Assembly: GCA_946965045.2 (NCBI GenBank)
Contig: OX337228.1
Coordinates: 5,704,001 to 5,768,000, forward strand
Length of the DNA: 64,000 bases
Reading direction: 5' to 3'
Source: Epithemia pelagica
Lineage: Eukaryota > Protista > Bacillariophyta
A program made the position numbers and the translations under genes. Position 1 is the stretch's first letter. Each line of letters starts with the position of its first letter. The notes under the pieces were generated by a model. It made no database searches, was not told the origin of the DNA, and worked only from the letters and a program-made list of their open reading frames with translations. This document shows positions 9,897 to 21,413 of this stretch, piece after piece.

Positions 9897-12800
9897 ATGA
9901 ATCAAGAGACTGAAATGAAACATCGAGCCTCCCCACATACCCCAAATTCCTTGTCCTCGCCTCAATGTCAACGCACTCCGGGAAGCGTGGAAAAGGGCAA
10001 AAAGAACCGTGGACCAAAGCCAATCATTCTTGACACGTACCGATACGACCATGTGATCCCATCCAATATTTGTGAAGGACGCGACACCGTGGACAGTATT
10101 TATCAAGAAATTGGATCATGGGCTGAATTGATTCAAAATAGCAAACCTCTGCCAAGAATAGTTGCCGTCCAGGGTGATGTCGACGAATCTCTTGGTATTG
10201 AACCCTTGTATAGGTATGTTGTCGAAGCTCGATGGGCTAAATGAGACTCTCATGTTGCATGAAAAGTATCTCCTCACTTTGCACATTTCTCAGAGACTTG
10301 CATGATTATCAGCCAGAACTGACATCATGGACACCCACGGTGAAGGCACTCCGAGACGTAGTTTCCAACATTGTTCTCCAACCTTTGAACCATGCCGTCA
10401 TTTGCTATTATCGTCACGGCGAAGATTATTTATCCGAAACCTCTAGTCCCACGTTGGACCTTTTTACAGACTCTTCAGTCGTAAAACTGTCGCTCGGTGC
10501 TACACGAACAGTTATCTTGCGGCCCAAACGAAAAAGTGCAGGAGTGCGAAGGCCCTCTCCTCGACCAACCACAAAGGTTGTGTTGAAACACGGCTCATTG
10601 CTTCGCCTGGGGCCCAAGACCAACAGGTTCATGACCCATGAAATCAAGCGAATATCGCACTATCCATCACAAGCCTCGAAAAGAGGATCCGTTGGAACAA
10701 TCAACACCAGCATTGAATCTGGAGAGGAGCAACGCATATCGGAGCATGTTCGCATATGTATAACGTTTCGTCATGTAGCAACCTTTCAAACTGACGATGG
10801 CAGGATATTTGGTAAAGGTGCCACAGGGTCGATTCTTGGAAGGTCTGTTTCCTCGCAGCTGCACCCGGCCAAGAAGGCGGCACTGTTACGAACTCTCAAG
10901 GCGGCATTTTTTCAGGAAAGTCGAGATACAGACTTTGATCGCATCGCCAACTACAGTGCTGGCTTTGATGTCATACCACACCAATACGTGACAACTGTGA
11001 GCTGTAAAGATATTTGCTGCTTCAACAACGATCCTGATTGCCCCGCTTGGACTTCTCTCAATGTAGAAGATGCACTTGCAGAAGAGGATGACTTTATGAT
11101 CAAAACCACATCGTCGTCCGACAAATTGTTACACTATGGAAATGTTGCAAAAGTTCTCTCCTCTGGAATGTTCGACAAGGGAAAGTTCGAGGATGAAGAG
11201 GACGAGCAAGAAAAACGATCTTATATTCCCTTCCATCATGCGCAACATATCTTTGTAAAACGAAAGTTGGAATCCGACTTGATTCCGGAACCCAGTACAT
11301 CTGGGAGCAGAAGCAGAACCTTCTCTGAAGCTTCCAGTGCCTTTGCGGACGATGAACAAGTGCTGTCTCTGTGTCCCACCTCTACATCGATTGCAGACAT
11401 GTCTGTGCGAAGTGAGCAGACTTGTTCTGTCAACAATGGTGTTGCCCTTTTGGCTTTGGACCTCCAGAATGATTTTTTGTCCGATGATCCCTCGTTTTAT
11501 TATGGTAAAAAGGGATCTCCGTTTGCTTCAAGGCGTAAAGGTCTTCTCAAACGTATTGCAGAAATCGCCAACGAAGTCCGAAGGCTTGGTGGTGTCGTGT
11601 TCATGGTCAAATCACAATACGGAGCTTGGTCATCTCCACAGAGCACGGAATTCCGACGTTTTTCGGAGGCAGGGGCCCATATGGATCGTGTGGATTGCTG
11701 TGGAGTGAGCAGTGCAGGGGCCGATTTCCATCCCGATGTTGAAAACATGATTGTCAATCAAGATATAATTCTTATCAAAGAATGGCATTCTGCCTTCATG
11801 GGAACCACCTTGGATAAGCAACTCCAACGGCTCAAAGTCGGCCATGTCGTCGTTTGTGGAGTAACGACCGATCACTCTGTCGCCGCCACCGTGAGGTCGG
11901 CTGCCAATCTTGGATATAACGTTATTTTGAGTAGTGACGGCACTGCTCAGGCAAATACGAAGATGCAACAAGGAACAGAACGGAGACTGTCAAAATACTA
12001 CTCCAAGTTGTTAGGGAAACGACAAAGTTTGACGGACTTTGTTGCTCCAGACCCCTTCCTAGAAGCATTGGCCGATCCAGGGCCAATCGACATGACCGGG
12101 TCGCTGGAGATCGATGCCTACGCACGTCTTTCTGGTTTTGGCGCTGGAGATTCAATCATTGGTGAGTGTGTTTCCCTTTAGTCTACAATTTGTCGACAGA
12201 GATTCTAGATCACACTAATTGCGTTTTCGCTCTGCAGTCCCCGACTTTCTGGACCAATCAAGCGCTTTGGAGATGCTCGGAAAGATGCTTCCCGATTCAT
12301 CGAATGAGTTGAAATGGAGTCAAGTCGCTGGAGCAGGAGGTGGATCGATGACCGCATCGTATCACCTCGAGCCAAACGACAAGGGTCATTTGCCAGTGTA
12401 TCGATCGAATATACCACAACCTTGGGATCCCAATTTCAAAGGTGGCGCGTTCCCGGATACCGTACAAAAACTCAAATCTCTCACGGAATCTCAAACGGGT
12501 CACAAGCTCAACTGGGGTCAAATTCTCTGCTATCGAGATGGCTCTGAGAGCTCTGGATGGGACGCAGAGAAAAATTTGGACGTACGTGCTGGAAGCACCA
12601 TTGCTGCGGTGTCCCTTGGTGGTGACCGTGTCCTTGAATTAAAGCCCAAAAAGGGTGATTCGTCATTGGTTCCTCAACGCATACGTTTGGAACACAATTC
12701 GTTGCTTCTATTGGGTCCTGAAACCACTCGTCTGTTCCTGCATTCTCTTCCTCCTGATGAGGGATCGTCGAGTCCGCATATCCAGTGTACGTTCTTAGAT

Positions 12801-13172
12801 GTGGCAACTTTCTTTGCCCAAAATGATTCGCGAACGGGCGTTCCAGCTCTATATGGACAAGGAACTGAATATGGTAGTCACACAGAACTTCAAGAAGCAG
12901 AGGCAACCCGTCGAATGATGGAGCAACTTGGTATGGCCCTCGCGGGAGTATATACAATGACCACGGTCCCTGTTGGCCGTGGCGGTTCGTTCGGTCTTTC
13001 CGTAATCTGTACGGTGGTGGTTGCAGCTGGAACTGCCATGTGGTTCAAGCGCGAAAGAGAGCATGCCTGGAGTGAACACCAGCGTCGCTTGCAGAAGCTC
13101 TTCGAAGAGTGCACAGAGGAACCACTGTCTGTTGAAGAAGCAAGACATCGCATCCTAAAGACCACAAAATGA
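9897..13172 (+). CDS. Three-domain protein: AlkB-like 2OG-Fe(II) domain + isochorismatase-like domain + second AlkB-like domain, C-terminal TM (exons 9897-10213, 10294-12161, 12238-13172)
   Basis: GT-AG introns 10214-10293 and 12162-12237 fuse three ORFs in frame. SLGATR..L and HGSLLRLGP..N...H (domain 1); ALDLQNDF, K..HSAF, GVTTDHSV (isochorismatase); SLGGDR..L and HNSLLLLGP (domain 3). Confidence 0.75.
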
Positions 13173-13320
13173 CGAGGTCGCGATTCGCGATGCTAGGTTG
13201 AGTAATGCAGCTTAACGTCTTTGCGACAACTGAAAGTTTACGATAACAGGTTTTACTTCTTGTGTGACTTGGCTTCTGCGCACACATAATGATTGACCTG
13301 AAAACAATGAACTCATTAGC

Positions 13321-14189
13321 CTATTCACAAAGCTCGCTTGGATGCGACATGAGTCCAGCCTCACACGTCGCTTTGATAACTTCAAAACATTTACTCAAAT
13401 CGAAAATATCCTTTCCATCCTTGGTGCTCCGCAGACTGCTTTCCATATCAATCCAAATGGTGTTGCCATTCCCTGCTTGGATTACGTCCTTTAGAACCTT
13501 GTTGATGTTGTGAGGGCCAATGCCGCCTGCATATCCTATTTGATAGTTCTCTGGAGGAGAGGGCCAACATGATGCGGCCACACCGGTTCCTTTCGATTCG
13601 TCGACCAACATTGAAATGTTTTTCAAGATTCCTCGATCAATAACCCCTGTGTAGCATCCGAATCAAACCACTTGAGTTTCAGGAGTCGCATACGCAATGA
13701 CAAAGACACGAGATGAGATGAATACGGACCTTCCCAGAGCGGTCGTGTTTCATCATTTTTCTGCAAAATAAACTCAATGCTTGGAAATTTACGTGCTGCT
13801 TCGAGAAACGTAGGAACCTGCTGATCAAGCTTGGAGATATCAACACCATTGACACTCGTAGCGTTGATTTGAACTCTTGAAAATCCCCAGGATATGAGTT
13901 CTTCAATAAATGAGCAATCTCCATCCAGCACTTGGGTTACCCGGGATCCACAAAGATGAGCGGCCGCCTTCATTTTCGCTCTCCGAACCACAGTGCCAAA
14001 CTGTTCCACCCATTTAGTTGATGCGTATCGTGGCTGTCCTTCCTTGTCTGGACGAAACAATACTCCAAATTCAACAAGAGGATAGGAGCACGCGATGATC
14101 CCGAGCAACAAGGGATCCACCGAGTTGTCGGCCCCACAGAAACCTAAGGCTCGCAGTTGTGTCTTTGGTGCATGGTTCTCCATGGTCAA
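13321..14189 (-). CDS. Uncharacterised TIM-barrel protein with TrpF/PRAI-like C-terminal motifs (exons 14189-13730, 13646-13321)
   Basis: GT-AG intron 13647-13729 gives WEG|VIDRGILKNISMLVDESKGTG; GYAGGIGPHNI and WIDMESSLR resemble the AGGLxPxNV / DVSSGVE phosphate-binding motifs. Confidence 0.65.
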
Positions 14190-15081
14190 TCGAAGAAAAA
14201 GTTTCGATCTTGTGCGCGACTATCGGCGACTGATACACTTCGGATTCAGTCGCTGGAACCCATTCCATTACCACCACCAATCAAATAGCGAAAAAATAAA
14301 AAATCATATCACCATCATCAACCACCATTAGCCCTAATTTATAGGACAAACTTAAGGATATCGGAAAAAATTACCGGACAGAAGTCCTAGAAATATTGAT
14401 GATCAGTACCTAACCTAGCGCCACAGCACAGGATCGCTGTACCATAGCCTACGAGCACAAGAAATGACCAGTTTTACTCAATAGTTTGTTGGACACTTGT
14501 CCGGGTCACGATAGCGCTGTATGTAGCAGAAGGGAATTTCACAAACCCTCGCATCACGCTTCACTGGACATACCCATGAGGGAGTACTTGTCATAGGACG
14601 AGAAACCGCAACGACAAGGACCCACAGGTGCTTTTGGAAAAGCCTTCGCTTACATCAAGATGCTAGTGCAGAGGAGAGTTCAATGAGGACGAGATGCTGG
14701 CCATCAAGTGGAAGAGAGAGGGCATGGTTACTGCTGGCATTACGATTCATGGAGCCACGACAATGACATGCGGCAATCAACTGGAATGTTCTGACCCAAC
14801 CACCAATTGCAACAACCGCAGGGAAGGAACCACCAAGACAATCGAATGGATCCCAATGGACCACTATGATGGATGTTGGTCGATGGAAGCTTCTTCTTTA
14901 AGCAGAAACATCAACTCCCCATACGAGACAATGGCAGCGACAATGACAACGAGCGCAACAATCAACTCCACCGAACGTACAAGACAATGTCCAAAACAAC
15001 AATCAACTGCAGCAGCATTGAGAAAAAGAGATGCAATGTGCCCTTGGCTCTTCAGGCTTGTTTCCCCAGCTTTCCCACCAG

Positions 15082-15087
15082 AGCCAA
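15082..15087. repeat. Target-site duplication AGCCAA (second copy 21414-21419)
   Basis: AGCCAA directly precedes the 5' TG and directly follows the 3' CA. Confidence 0.85.
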
Positions 15088-15262
15088 TGTTAAAATAATA
15101 GCATTCTCGCCTCGCGTGCTCAACGGTCACAACGTATACGCGACACAATTTTGGGGACGTTTACACGATCCCTAAAAGATCCAAACATTCTAGATCTTAA
15201 CCATAATCTCTTTTGCCACCTGAGTCCAACTCATCTACTTGGGCCGTAGGAGAGTTTTCACA
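15088..15262 (+). repeat. 5' LTR (175 bp)
   Basis: Identical to 21242-21413 except for one patch (15171-15177). Confidence 0.95.
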
Positions 15263-15278
15263 CGCTTCCTCTGCGCTA
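15263..15278 (+). promoter_or_regulatory. Putative primer-binding site complementary to the tRNA-iMet D-arm (CGCTTCCTCTGCGCTA)
   Basis: Abuts the 5' LTR; reverse complement UAGCGCAGAGGAAGCG matches 14/16 to UGGCGCAGCGGAAGCG (Sprinzl nt 8-24 of human/plant tRNA-iMet). Confidence 0.65.
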
Positions 15279-15345
15279 AAGTGCAGTTCACTCGACAGTC
15301 TCGATCAATCGCCTTCGACCTTCCTAAGTACCCGCAAGCACAACA

Positions 15346-16930
15346 ATGGCACGTCGCACTCGCGGCGAAGAACCACGACGCGGCGTCGGAGCGCCGGAAG
15401 ACGAAGAAGAAGCAGTTGCGGGCAATCAAGGAAACCCCAACGAGCAAGAGGAGGAGGAAGAGGAAGACGATTACCTCGAGGCACGTCAAGTGATGAATCA
15501 AGACCTTGTCGACGCGCTAGGTAGCGCCACACAACGAATCGTGATGGCGATCGACCGCGCAGTCGCAGCCATGGGAGCTCCTGGGGGGAGCAGCACCTCC
15601 GGGAGGAAATCCGTTCATTCGCACACCGTTGCAAGCAAGGACGGATCAAACGCTGGACTTCCATCAGAAGGAAGGACGCAAGTACTACGATAATGCGACT
15701 CGATCCCTCTTCTCCAGTAGCGAAGACAAATTTGACGTCGAACCGAGCAAGTTCCAGCTGTTCATCACGCTACTGCTAAACCGAGCTAAGGACCTAGGCA
15801 TGCTCGACTCACCAACTACGCATGGAAATGCCATGCTACCAAAGGACCCAAGGAATCCCACGGACGATGGAGCCATCAACATTATCAAGGACTATGGAAG
15901 AGCTCATCTGGAAGACATCACCAAGTGGGAGAAGGAGATCCTGAACCAAGAATCCAGGATGAGTCAAAACTCCAAGATCCTCTTTGACCTCCTGATGAAC
16001 TCCCTGACAGCGAAGGGAGCACAACGCATCCAAATCTGGCGATCCCAATACACGGTAGATGGGATGGATGCGGGAGCCTGCTTGTTTAAGATTATTGTCC
16101 GCGAGAGTTACCTCGACTCAAACGCGACAGTATCAACAATCAGACTCAATTTGACGAACTTGGACGAGTACATCAGGGAGAACGGAAGCGACCTAGTCGC
16201 TTTCAACGCCTACGTCCAGAGTCAAGTCGATGGTCTAAAAGCAAGAGGCCATAACACAAGCGATCTAGTAGTCAACCTGTTCAAAGGCTACAGAGCCGTG
16301 GAAGATGACAAATTCAAGGTCTATCTCCAAGGCATCGAGAACAGCCATGAGGACGGATCAGTCGAGGTTGATGCTCCAACACTCATGTTGCGGGCAGTTA
16401 ACTTCTACAAGACGCGACTAACCAGGAACGAATGGGAACAGCCGACGGAACAACAGAAAGAAGTGTTAGCGCTGCAAACCCAAGTGGAGTCCCTGAAAAA
16501 GCAACAGAACCGATCCAAGAAGACGACGACCGATGGGAAACGCCAAGGAAACCAAGAAAGCGGATCCTCGAGCAAACCACCCCGTCCGAATTGGCTCCGT
16601 AACAATGTCCCACCAAAAGAGGGATCCGAACGACGCTTCCGGACTTGGAATAATGCCAAATGGTGGTGGTGTAGTCCGGAAACGGGAGGAAACTGTGGAG
16701 GCGGATGGAGGACCCATCAACCGTCCGAGTGCCGATCCAAGAAGCGCGAAGCTAGTCCGTCCGCAGGCAAGAAGAAGGAAGATGGAGGCGGACAAAAGAA
16801 GTCGTCCAATTTCTCTGGAAAGAAACGCAAGCAAGATGCCATCAAGCTAGCGGTAGCCAACGAGACCATTATGTCCGATGACGAGGACAAGAACCATTCG
16901 GACGCGGAGGACTCCGAATACAGCACCTGA
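15346..16930 (+). pseudogene. gag: gag of the copia element, frameshifted in a G6 run (15583-15588)
   Basis: Removing one G joins ORF 15346 to ORF 15629-16930 (PGGAAPPGGNPFIRTP); Cys/His knuckle near the C-terminus; ends in TGA at 16928-16930. Confidence 0.8.
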
Positions 16931-19900
16931 CGAACCTGGAGAAAGTGGAAGATAAACATACTAACCATGATGGTATATATGTTCACCACTTTCTCCCTTA
17001 GGCACGCCATAGAATGGTTGATTGTTGAGATAGCGCACCAAGTAATCAAGGGAATCCTGATAATGACGGAACTCGTCACATTCATAGTGGACGACGATCC
17101 TGAGGAGGAACAGGACCCGAAAGATTGGTTGTCACGTGCACTCCACGTCACCAACAAAGGAATAGAACAAATAGCAGGCAGATTACACGTCCGAATCAAA
17201 TCAAATCGGAGTGGCAGAACGCACAGAATCCAACACCATTTCAACACAAGACGAAGATACAGGGCGAGCTTCAGAATCATGGCAGCCGTCATCGCCATGA
17301 CAGCAGGAATGTCCAATGGAGCACGACAAGTTGGAACCTTCGATACTGACTCACGGCTGGTCGGGATCGATAATTGATGCTTGGGATGCATCAGCCACAA
17401 ACGATCCGATTTCCCGGGTGAATTGTTGGAATGTAAGAGAGCCATCAAGGGATTTGGAGGCTCAAGGACGTATAACGTATGGCAAGGAACCTTGCAGTGG
17501 GACTGGGATGACGACCAAGGAGTCCCACACAGAATGGTCATACCAAAAGCATACTACGTTCCCGATGGCAACGTGAGACTGCTGAGTCCACAACAATGGG
17601 CGCAATCAAGGCAAGGTGAGGACAAACGTGGAGGAGCAGGTTCAACAACAACTGCCCAACATGTCACCCTGTTCTGGAACAAGAGGGAGTGCAAACGCAC
17701 AGTCCCATTGAACCGCAGCCAAACCAACGTCGCCACGTTCGCGCTCTCAAATGGTTACGAATCGTACCATCGATACTGCCAAGAGACGAACACTGGGAAC
17801 CAGGAAGACGATCGGGACCCAATCATCATAGACGAGCTTCAAGTCGATGCGACAGCGGTCATATTGGACGACGAGGCATCAATCAACGATGACATGGGAA
17901 AGGAACGCTCGGATGAGCCAAATGAATGGCCAGAAGAAAACGAGCAAAACGACAAACCCCGTGAGTTCGATCTGAACGGAAAACAAACAACCGAGTTGGA
18001 GGAACCGGCTCCCAACATCATCATAGATGAAGAGGAAAGGTTGCCAACACCAACAGCGGAATTGCTTCAATGCCATTACGATTTTGGCCACTTACCTTTT
18101 ACCAAACGCCAGAGAATGGCGAGGGATGGTGTCCTTCCCTCAAAGCTGGCAAAATGCAAGGTGCCAGTGTGCTCCGCATGTCAGTACGCTAGAGCGACCA
18201 AACGCCCATGGCGCTCACGCAATGTACGCGACCGCGAAGCGGCGCGACCAAACAACAGACCAGGAGCAGTGGTGTCAGTTGACCAAATGGAATCACCGAC
18301 ACCCGGTCTGGTAGCACAGATGACCGGATTCATAACTAGAGAACGGTACAAGTATGCGACAGTCTATGTCGACCAAGCGACGGGACTGGGATTCGTCTAC
18401 CTCCAGAAATCATCCAAGGCGAAGGAAACACTCGAAGGAAAAAGAGCATTCGAGAGGTACGCGATGGCTAGAGGAGTAACGATAGCGGCATACCATGCGG
18501 ACAATGGCATTTTTAAGGCCAAAGCATGGGTAGAAGCCTGCAACAATCAAAACCAACCACTGACCTTTGCAGGAGTTGGCGCACATCACACCAACGGCAA
18601 GGCAGAACGACGAATCAGAGAACTACAGGACATGGCGAGAACCATGCTAATACACGCCAACAGGAGATGGCCAAACGCTATCACTGCTAATTTATGGCCG
18701 TACGCAATACGTCACGCCAATGACTGTATCAATGCATCACCGAATATGCAACAAACCAACAAAATGTCTCCACTGCAGTTGTTTAGCAAAACACCAGTGA
18801 ACATCAACAGGAAGCACTGGAAGCCATTCGGCTGCCCAGTCTACGTCCTGGACGAGGCATTACAAGGGAATAAGCCCTTCCACAAATGGAAGCATAGGGC
18901 CAAGGTCGGGATTTATCTTGGCCAATCACCGATTCACAACCGGAACGTCGCCTTGGTCCTCAGCAGATTCACGGGGCATGTCAGCCCGCAGTTCCACGTG
19001 AAATTTGACAAGGCATTCGATTCCACCAGACAGGAGAATCTGGAGTCCCACTGGCAGTACAAGACGCACTTTACCAGTGCACCAAGTAAAGCGAGCGTCC
19101 ACCGTACACCAGAGCCAGAGGGAGAAACGAAGGGTCCACCAAAACAAAGGAACAAGAGAGTCAGGATCCACGAACCAAGTAACGATCCAGCCAATGATCC
19201 CCAAAGGGAGGATCGCACCAATGCGCAAACAAGTGATGACCCGCCAACGGTCCCAACAGAGGACGGCCAAGAACCCAGCGAGGAAACCGGGACGTCGTAC
19301 GCACAGGGTGAGGGCTCGGCTAGCCGACAACAACAACGAGAAACAAGTGGAAATGAGGGCCAGAGGGAGCACGGCGGTAGTACTCCCACTGAGTCAACTC
19401 CACCACAAAGATCAAGATTCGGCAGGATCGTCAAGCCCGTACAGAGGCTCATAGAAATCATGATGGCCGAAACGACGACCAACACCAAGAACAACAATCA
19501 TACAGTAGACGGTGAATTGTTCTGTCTGGAGACGATGTTCCCAACGGACGATTCCGATCTGCTTGGCGACCCATTCCATGCATTCAAAGCAGCGGCATCG
19601 GATCCCGATACCATGTACCATCATGAAGCAATGAAGGAACCCGACGCGGAACGCTTCATGGATGGGATGCAACAGGAAATGGACCGACAATTCACTGACG
19701 GCAATTTCTCACTCATCCACCGCAGCAAAATACCAAAGGGAGAAAAGATATTCCCAGGAGTATGGCAGATGCGAAGGAAGAGAGACATCAAAACGAGGGA
19801 GATTAAGAAGCACAAAGCACGTCTCAACTTCGATGGATCCCGAATGGAAAAAGGGAAGCACTACAACCAAACGTATGCGCCAGTCGCATCATGGGCATCC

Positions 19901-21247
19901 ATCCGACTCGTCTTGGCGCTGGTAGCCGCCAACAACTGGCATACAACACAAATAGACTACGTCCTGGCGTACCCTCAAGCGCCTGTCGAACGCGAAGTCT
20001 ACATGGAAATCCCGCGAGGATACGAGCTCGCGGATGGGAAGGATAAGCGCGACTATGCGTTCAAACTCCACGCCAACCTATATGGCCAGAAGCAAGCAGG
20101 ACGAGTATGGTATCAATACCTATCTAAACGATTGGTCGAAGATGTGGGATTCACCAAGTCGCGCATCGATGAGTGTGTCTTCTACAAAGGGAACACCGTC
20201 TACGTGCTTTATACGGATGATTCCATAATCACTGGACCAGACCAAGAGGAGATCAACCAAGTGATCAAAGAAATCCAAGACGCCGGGTTAAACATCACGG
20301 TCGAAGGAACAATCAAAGATTTCTTGGGAGTCAACATCGAAAAGCAAAAGGATGGGACCATCGAATTCACACAACCGCACCTAATTGACAAGGTGCTATC
20401 CGCACTGCGATTGGATGGAAGAACGGTGAAACCAAAGGACGTTCCAGCGGCGTCATCAAAGCTCCTAAAGCGCCACACCGACTCGGCACCATTTGACAAC
20501 CACTTCAACTATCGCTCAGTGGTGGGAATGCTAAATTACTTGGAAGCGGGATCACGAAGCGACATAGCTTACGCGACTCATCAATGCGCACGCTTTTGCT
20601 CGGACCCGCGCAAGGAACATGGCGAAGCAGTCAAGTGGTTGGGTCGGTACCTGTTGGGGACGCGACAAAAGGGGATGACGTTTAAGCCAGACCAGAGTGC
20701 AGGCTTGGAAGTATTCGTAGACGCCGATTTTGCGGGCAATTGGGACCAGAACGAACCGCACAACGATCGCGATACGGCGCGCTCGCGTCACGGGTACATC
20801 ATCCGATACAAAGGGTGCCCAGTCGTGTGGAAATCACAACTACAGACAGAGATCGCCCTTAGCTCGACCGAGAGCGAATACACTGGATTGTCATATGCAC
20901 TACGAGAAGCCATCCCACTCATGGAAATACTGAAAGAAATGAAGGCGCATGGAATCGACATCGCGGACACAAGGGCTAAGTTGCATTGCAAGGTGTTCGA
21001 GGACAATAGCGGAGCGCTCGAGATGGCTCGAGTCCATAAGTTCCGCCCACGAACGAAACACCTCAACGTAAAGCTGCATCACTTCCGGAGTTATGTGGAG
21101 CGAGGGGACATCACTATCCACGCGATCCCTACAACGGAGCAACTGAGCGATTACTTGACGAAACCCCTGTCCAAAGCGATGCTCGACCCATTGAGGACAC
21201 AAGTCATGGGATGGACGACCACAATTGTGCGCGAGAGGGAGTGTTAA
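16931..21247 (+). pseudogene. pol: pol (PR-IN-RT-RNase H), same frame as gag, with a premature TGA at 17375
   Basis: PR FDTDS..VGIDN*C; IN HYDFGH..CSAC, VSVDQ, YHADNG, NGKAER; RT YVLAYPQA, YTDD; RH VFVDADFAG, ALSSTESEY, FEDNSGA, SDYLTK. Confidence 0.9.
21233..21241 (+). promoter_or_regulatory. Polypurine tract GAGAGGGAG
   Basis: Purine run immediately 5' of the 3' LTR. Confidence 0.75.
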
Positions 21248-21413
21248 AATAATAGCATTCTCGCCTCGCGTGCTCAACGGTCACAACGTATACGCGACAC
21301 AATTTTGGGGACGTTTACACGATCTTAGGATCCAAACATTCTAGATCTTAACCATAATCTCTTTTGCCACCTGAGTCCAACTCATCTACTTGGGCCGTAG
21401 GAGAGTTTTCACA
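21242..21413 (+). repeat. 3' LTR (172 bp)
   Basis: TG...CA ends, immediately after the purine tract; matches the 5' LTR. Confidence 0.95.

Larger units (their letters stand above)
15088..21413 (+). mobile_element. Full-length Ty1/copia (CoDi-like) LTR retrotransposon, 6326 bp
   Basis: Two direct LTRs with TGTTAAAA...TTTTCACA ends, flanking AGCCAA duplication, gag then PR-IN-RT-RH order, PBS-like and PPT sequences. Confidence 0.97.

Noticed and set aside
14694-15175. ORFs 14694-15098 and 14873-15175 as a host gene disrupted by the element
   Set aside because: Low complexity; they close soon after rejoining the empty site and show no recognisable domain.
16717-21277. Minus-strand ORFs inside the retrotransposon (e.g. 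16717-17541, 18934-19497)
   Set aside because: No motifs; explained by the codon bias of the sense gag-pol frame.
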